In this document: positions 60,022 to 64,000 of the stretch, piece by piece | Layout of the letters: every line of letters begins with the position of its first letter | How positions within the stretch are numbered: position 1 is the stretch's first letter | Assembly: GCA_964187785.1 (NCBI GenBank) | Contig: OZ076409.1 | Coordinates: 95,420,001-95,484,000 of the forward strand | DNA: 64,000 bases | Reading direction: 5' to 3' | Source: Amphiscolops sp. MND2022 | Taxonomy: Eukaryota | Position numbers and translations under genes: made by a program | The notes under the pieces: model-generated | What the model was told of the DNA's origin: nothing | What the model saw: the letters and a program-made list of their open reading frames with translations, nothing else | The model's database searches: none

Positions 60022-63000
60022 TGTAACGACAAGCTCTCACCATTGTCGCCGTAACCATAAGAGCAGGAGGAACACATGGCATAGGTATTTGCCCGGGACA
60101 GGCGCCCATGGCCATGAGTCCATTTTGCCTCCTTCGGGTAAGAAATGTCCCGTCAGAGGAGGATTCCGCTTCTTAAGAAGTGCTCGCCGGCCTGATCCAG
60201 TCTGTAATTGCTAACAGTAGCGCGCATTACGCTTTTTCTTCGGAACCAACGCTTAGATAGCCTTTAAAAAATGCAAGTGGTGGAAAGGAAAAATCAAGTT
60301 TTTTCGAAGTTACACAGGAAATCGAAATGAGTAGCTCACGAGCTGTTACAACAAGAATATACGAAAATTACTACATGATTAGCACTTTTGGGGCAGCAAT
60401 TAGCCGGGGACACAAGCACGGATGCTTGGCCAAGCCAATTGACTCATTTTCGGTAATCACAGCGTCTTGTAACGCTTCGCTGAAGAAAGCACTGGCTAGA
60501 ACAAAGTTCAGTCCGTTTCGACAGAAATTTGAGTCTTTTTCTGACAGCGGCCGTGTTTTTCTGCAGTCTTCTCGTTCGGTTGGGGTCTCTTTTGAGTCTT
60601 TTGCTCAAATTCTCTTCAATTCTGTGGGCAGGTACTTGAATAAAGACACGCTGCCGTCCAGCGGAATATGACTTTTCAGTAGAGGGGATATAGTCCCTTG
60701 AACGAAATTTTCATCGAAATTTTCGAAATCGTGTACTCGATAGGTAATCGCTACATACACTCCCCGGGGTCTAGTCTTGACGTCCCCGTCAAGTGTGGGT
60801 TGGCATCATCGAGTCTTTACCCAGGGTCATCTATGTCCCACTGAGGAGGTAGAGTGCACATCAAGTAGCGCTGGGCAGTTCATTGGGACGTCGTCAAGTT
60901 GGCCTCGTGGAAGTGTTTTTGACCCAGCGTTGCTGCATTTTGATCAAATCAATACAACTTCGTATACAAATCTTATACGGCAAGGTTATTACTTTTTGTA
61001 GCCTGTCGTGAGCAATTCAGGCATTAAAATTTCTTTTCGGCCTTCCCTACAAAAAAATTTTTTATCGCCGTTAGTGTTAAAACTTGTTTTAAGGTCAACG
61101 ACCATCACATGACAGTTCAAAATTTATTTTCCGAAGCTCGGGAGCTTCGCACTGCTTGGCGTTTGATAAAAGTTCTTTTGATAAGCAGTTGCCATAAAAT
61201 CAACCAATAAGTACGGTCAATTTAAAATTTCTTTTGCGAGACTTACTCTCGATCCTATCAGGTAACTCAAAGAAAAAAAAATGGTCGAGGTCCATCAATC
61301 TTTTTATTCTATCCATTTCTCATCTCTCTCCTTTTGTTTCCTTTTCCTTCATTTCTTTCCTTTTGTCTTTTTCGACAATAGCAACAGTGTAAACAATAAC
61401 TAGTAACTAAAAGGGTGTAATAGCACCGAAAATTCAGAGCACGGAGTGCGCACAGCGCATCCATAAGGTAGCATAAGGTAGCTTGAAAAAACACTAACTG
61501 CAAACACAAATTGCAAATTGAATATTGCATTTAACTAAGGCAAGGCAAAGGCGTAGTTTTATGGTTGGGTTGCCGGTCCCAAAACGGAATAATGAGGAGG
61601 ATGAAGCCCGGGGGCTTCATCTCCACTTGGAGATTTTTACCCATGACCAATTGGCACTTCCAAAATCAAAGTTTAGCAACAACAGTGGTTGAAACCATGA
61701 GGTTTCGCAAAGGTTCATTTAGCACAGGACTATTGAAGTTTGAAACATAATGGCAATAATGTTAGGTTTGTTTTACTGGGTGGCGGAGAAGTGACGCGCT
61801 CTGGGGGAGACGTCGGCTTTCGGTTGTGGTTCGGACAGGGATCCTCTTCGCACATTTCCTTCTCGCAGGACTGGCCTTGGTTCGGCGCTGGCAGTTTCAT
61901 GGGTCCTGGGAGTCGTGTTTGAGCCACTAGGGCCATTTTCTGCAGCTACGGGAGTTGAGACTTCTGGCGAATGTTCTTGCGCTGCATTGGCTGAGCCGCT
62001 AACATTGGCAGAACTTGTGGTCGACGTGGAGGTTGGGATCTGCACATCCAATCTACTGGCATTAAACAGGTGTGGTAGATCTAGCGGTCTATTGCGGGTG
62101 GCAATGGGTCGTTTCTGCTTGGCACTGAGTTTCGGGCGTAGATCAGGTCGGCCCCAGAGCCCGCAGGCTCTGGACCAGTTGTCCCTGTTTTCATGTTCTA
62201 TAATTTGCCTGGAGGCTTCCCATTCGGGTCCGAGGGAATCACTCAGCAGTTCCATGACATGGTAGCAGGTCTCCGCTGGCATGTCGCTTCCCATAGTGAC
62301 CCTCGCCTCTGGATTCCAAACAGGCATTGTCTGTGGAGGGATGATCAAGCCTTTTAGGCGCCCTTGGCGTTCCTCCAGGGTCCTTGACATCCACACGCCT
62401 AGTTTGTAGTGATCGCGATAGGCGTACTGCTCATTAAAGCCTTTCTCAACCATGCTGATTGGCTTAGCCCGGGCATAGCCGATGGGTCCTCGCCAGTACC
62501 TGGCTGGAAGCTTGATCATCTGAAAATTATACCCCTGGTTTGTGTGACCGCCCATGGCTTGTACGCATTCGGTCACGTACTTCCTGAGGTGTGCGAAACT
62601 CCAATTGAATCGCTGTGGGATTCCATGGTGATCTAGGGGCGAATTGTACCAACTCACCGGGCCGTATTCGCGAGGTAAAGGGCACGCCTTCTTTGTCCGG
62701 GCTTTGAGAATGCCGGCCAGGTTTTCGTCCTGCTGCGTTTCGTTCTTTATGGTGGTATACATGCGGGGTATCAGCAGGAACAGCCCGCGTTCAAGCATCT
62801 GCTGATAGTTGTGCGGTTTTACATTCTTCAGAAAAGTCAGGATGGATACTGTTAGTGTCTCCGAGGCGAGTCGCAGAGGCTTGGTGGGATAGCGAAGTAT
62901 CCCGGTTGGGCCAAATATCGGAGTTAGCACGGGTGCTAACATCGGTACAAGGTCTTCGACTTCAGCCAAAGTGAAATCTGCCAGCTGGTTAGGTGTCAGA

Positions 63001-64000
63001 AATCCAGCTACCTCGGTCACCAGCTCACGTCCGTCATATAATGGTTGGTGCTTATCTACGCCCACGAAAAGTCCCGAGGCAAAGACCAGACTGCAGTATA
63101 TCCAGTGATATAACGAAGTTATCATGCGCTCCAGGTGAGCGGGATAATCCTGAGCGTCTTTTCGTTGTAGCAGCTTGGCTAAGGCGGTGAGGCCTGAGAT
63201 ATTGCCTCGCGCAATCACTAAATATGCAAATAGCCATTCCAGATTACACTCAGTAACCAGGTCGGTCAATATCATCATTGGGCCAGCTACGAAGCGTTTC
63301 TGCCCGAAAGTGAGCATCAGTGCAAAGAGTTCGTTTACTTGCATGGTACCGATAATCTTGCTGATTTCGATCAACCAGTGCTCGTCTAAGTCGAACTCAA
63401 CTCGAATAACATCGGGACTCCAACCCAATCCCAAACAGATGGCAAATTGGTCGGTTGACATTCCAAGTTCTTTTGCAATGTCTGCTACGGTGGTATTTTG
63501 CAGCCGCTGGTACCAAGCGTCGTAGGTGCTGCTGAAGGCTTGGATTTCAGCCTGAGTCTCGCTCGTCAATTTTGCAGCAATATACCTCATTCCCACTGAT
63601 AATTGGTCAATAGTGAGGTCCTGGGCAAATTGAACTCGCGGGATGGCTCGTTCCACTTCTCGGTCGCTGGGGATTTTGCTCATTATGGCAGTGACTTCCG
63701 CAAGATCAGTTTTAATGCAAGTCTTTCCACCGGAGGAGCGCGCGCGCTCTATCCAGTTATTCAGGCGGATTGCCTCACATTCAGCCGTACTAGGTTCTGG
63801 GACTCGCCTTTCTCCGTTGTTGTTGAATACTAACAAGCCCATACGAGTGCCGTGATCAAAATAGATGGCATCATCGATTGTCAGCTGCGCGTTCCCTGTC
63901 TTTTCCACTGACTGTAGAACTTTAGACACTGAGGCAACATACCCCATGTAGGAAAGCCAGGAGGGACGAAAGTCGTTGGAGCTGATCCTCATATTGGGCG
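60022..64000 (-). mobile_element. Probable second LTR retrotransposon, 3' end; putative LTR at 60022-60755
   Basis: Inverted termini TGTAACGA...TCGCTACA (7/8 match), an adjacent minus-strand GGGGAGTGTA PPT-like tract and an abrupt GC rise. The partner LTR would lie outside the window. Confidence 0.55.
61773..63992 (-). CDS. Unrecognised intronless protein of at least 739 aa; frame open to the window edge
   Basis: Long, GC-rich, stop-free ORF with a globular-looking core and an S/T/P-rich tail. No RT, integrase or Env motifs recognised. Confidence 0.8.
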   Translation of the reverse strand: MRISSNDFRPSWLSYMGYVASVSKVLQSVEKTGNAQLTIDDAIYFDHGTRMGLLVFNNNGERRVPEPSTAECEAIRLNNWIERARSSGGKTCIKTDLAEVTAIMSKIPSDREVERAIPRVQFAQDLTIDQLSVGMRYIAAKLTSETQAEIQAFSSTYDAWYQRLQNTTVADIAKELGMSTDQFAICLGLGWSPDVIRVEFDLDEHWLIEISKIIGTMQVNELFALMLTFGQKRFVAGPMMILTDLVTECNLEWLFAYLVIARGNISGLTALAKLLQRKDAQDYPAHLERMITSLYHWIYCSLVFASGLFVGVDKHQPLYDGRELVTEVAGFLTPNQLADFTLAEVEDLVPMLAPVLTPIFGPTGILRYPTKPLRLASETLTVSILTFLKNVKPHNYQQMLERGLFLLIPRMYTTIKNETQQDENLAGILKARTKKACPLPREYGPVSWYNSPLDHHGIPQRFNWSFAHLRKYVTECVQAMGGHTNQGYNFQMIKLPARYWRGPIGYARAKPISMVEKGFNEQYAYRDHYKLGVWMSRTLEERQGRLKGLIIPPQTMPVWNPEARVTMGSDMPAETCYHVMELLSDSLGPEWEASRQIIEHENRDNWSRACGLWGRPDLRPKLSAKQKRPIATRNRPLDLPHLFNASRLDVQIPTSTSTTSSANVSGSANAAQEHSPEVSTPVAAENGPSGSNTTPRTHETASAEPRPVLREGNVRRGSLSEPQPKADVSPRARHFSATQ

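Overview
AT-rich, repeat-dense metazoan genomic DNA with spliceosomal introns. The main object is a young, complete 15.9-kb Ty3/Gypsy LTR retrotransposon (11183-27117, minus strand). It has 2097-bp LTRs, a GTCAT target-site duplication (TSD) and gag/pol joined by a -1 frameshift, and it sits in an intron of a catalytically degenerate NAALADL2/GCPII-like host gene. Between pol and the 3' LTR it carries about 5.5 kb of cargo. (i) An antisense 8-exon gene (14462-18589, about 1070 aa) whose seven GT-AG introns splice in phase; its product looks like a full-length hAT transposase with a BED-like zinc finger but no DDE, CxxH or RW residues. (ii) A sense ORF that reads into U3, with a C-terminus conserved in two diverged solo LTRs (5250-7493, 28958-31093). 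Gag starts 127 codons inside the LTR. A second probable LTR element starts at 60022 and carries an unrecognised ORF of at least 739 aa. The rest contains a two-exon KCTD-type BTB gene, a 5'-truncated LINE, Tc1/mariner remnants, MITEs, many Helentron/DINE-1-like elements, two tandem duplications and two long palindromes. All homology calls come from motif recognition by eye; no database searches were run.
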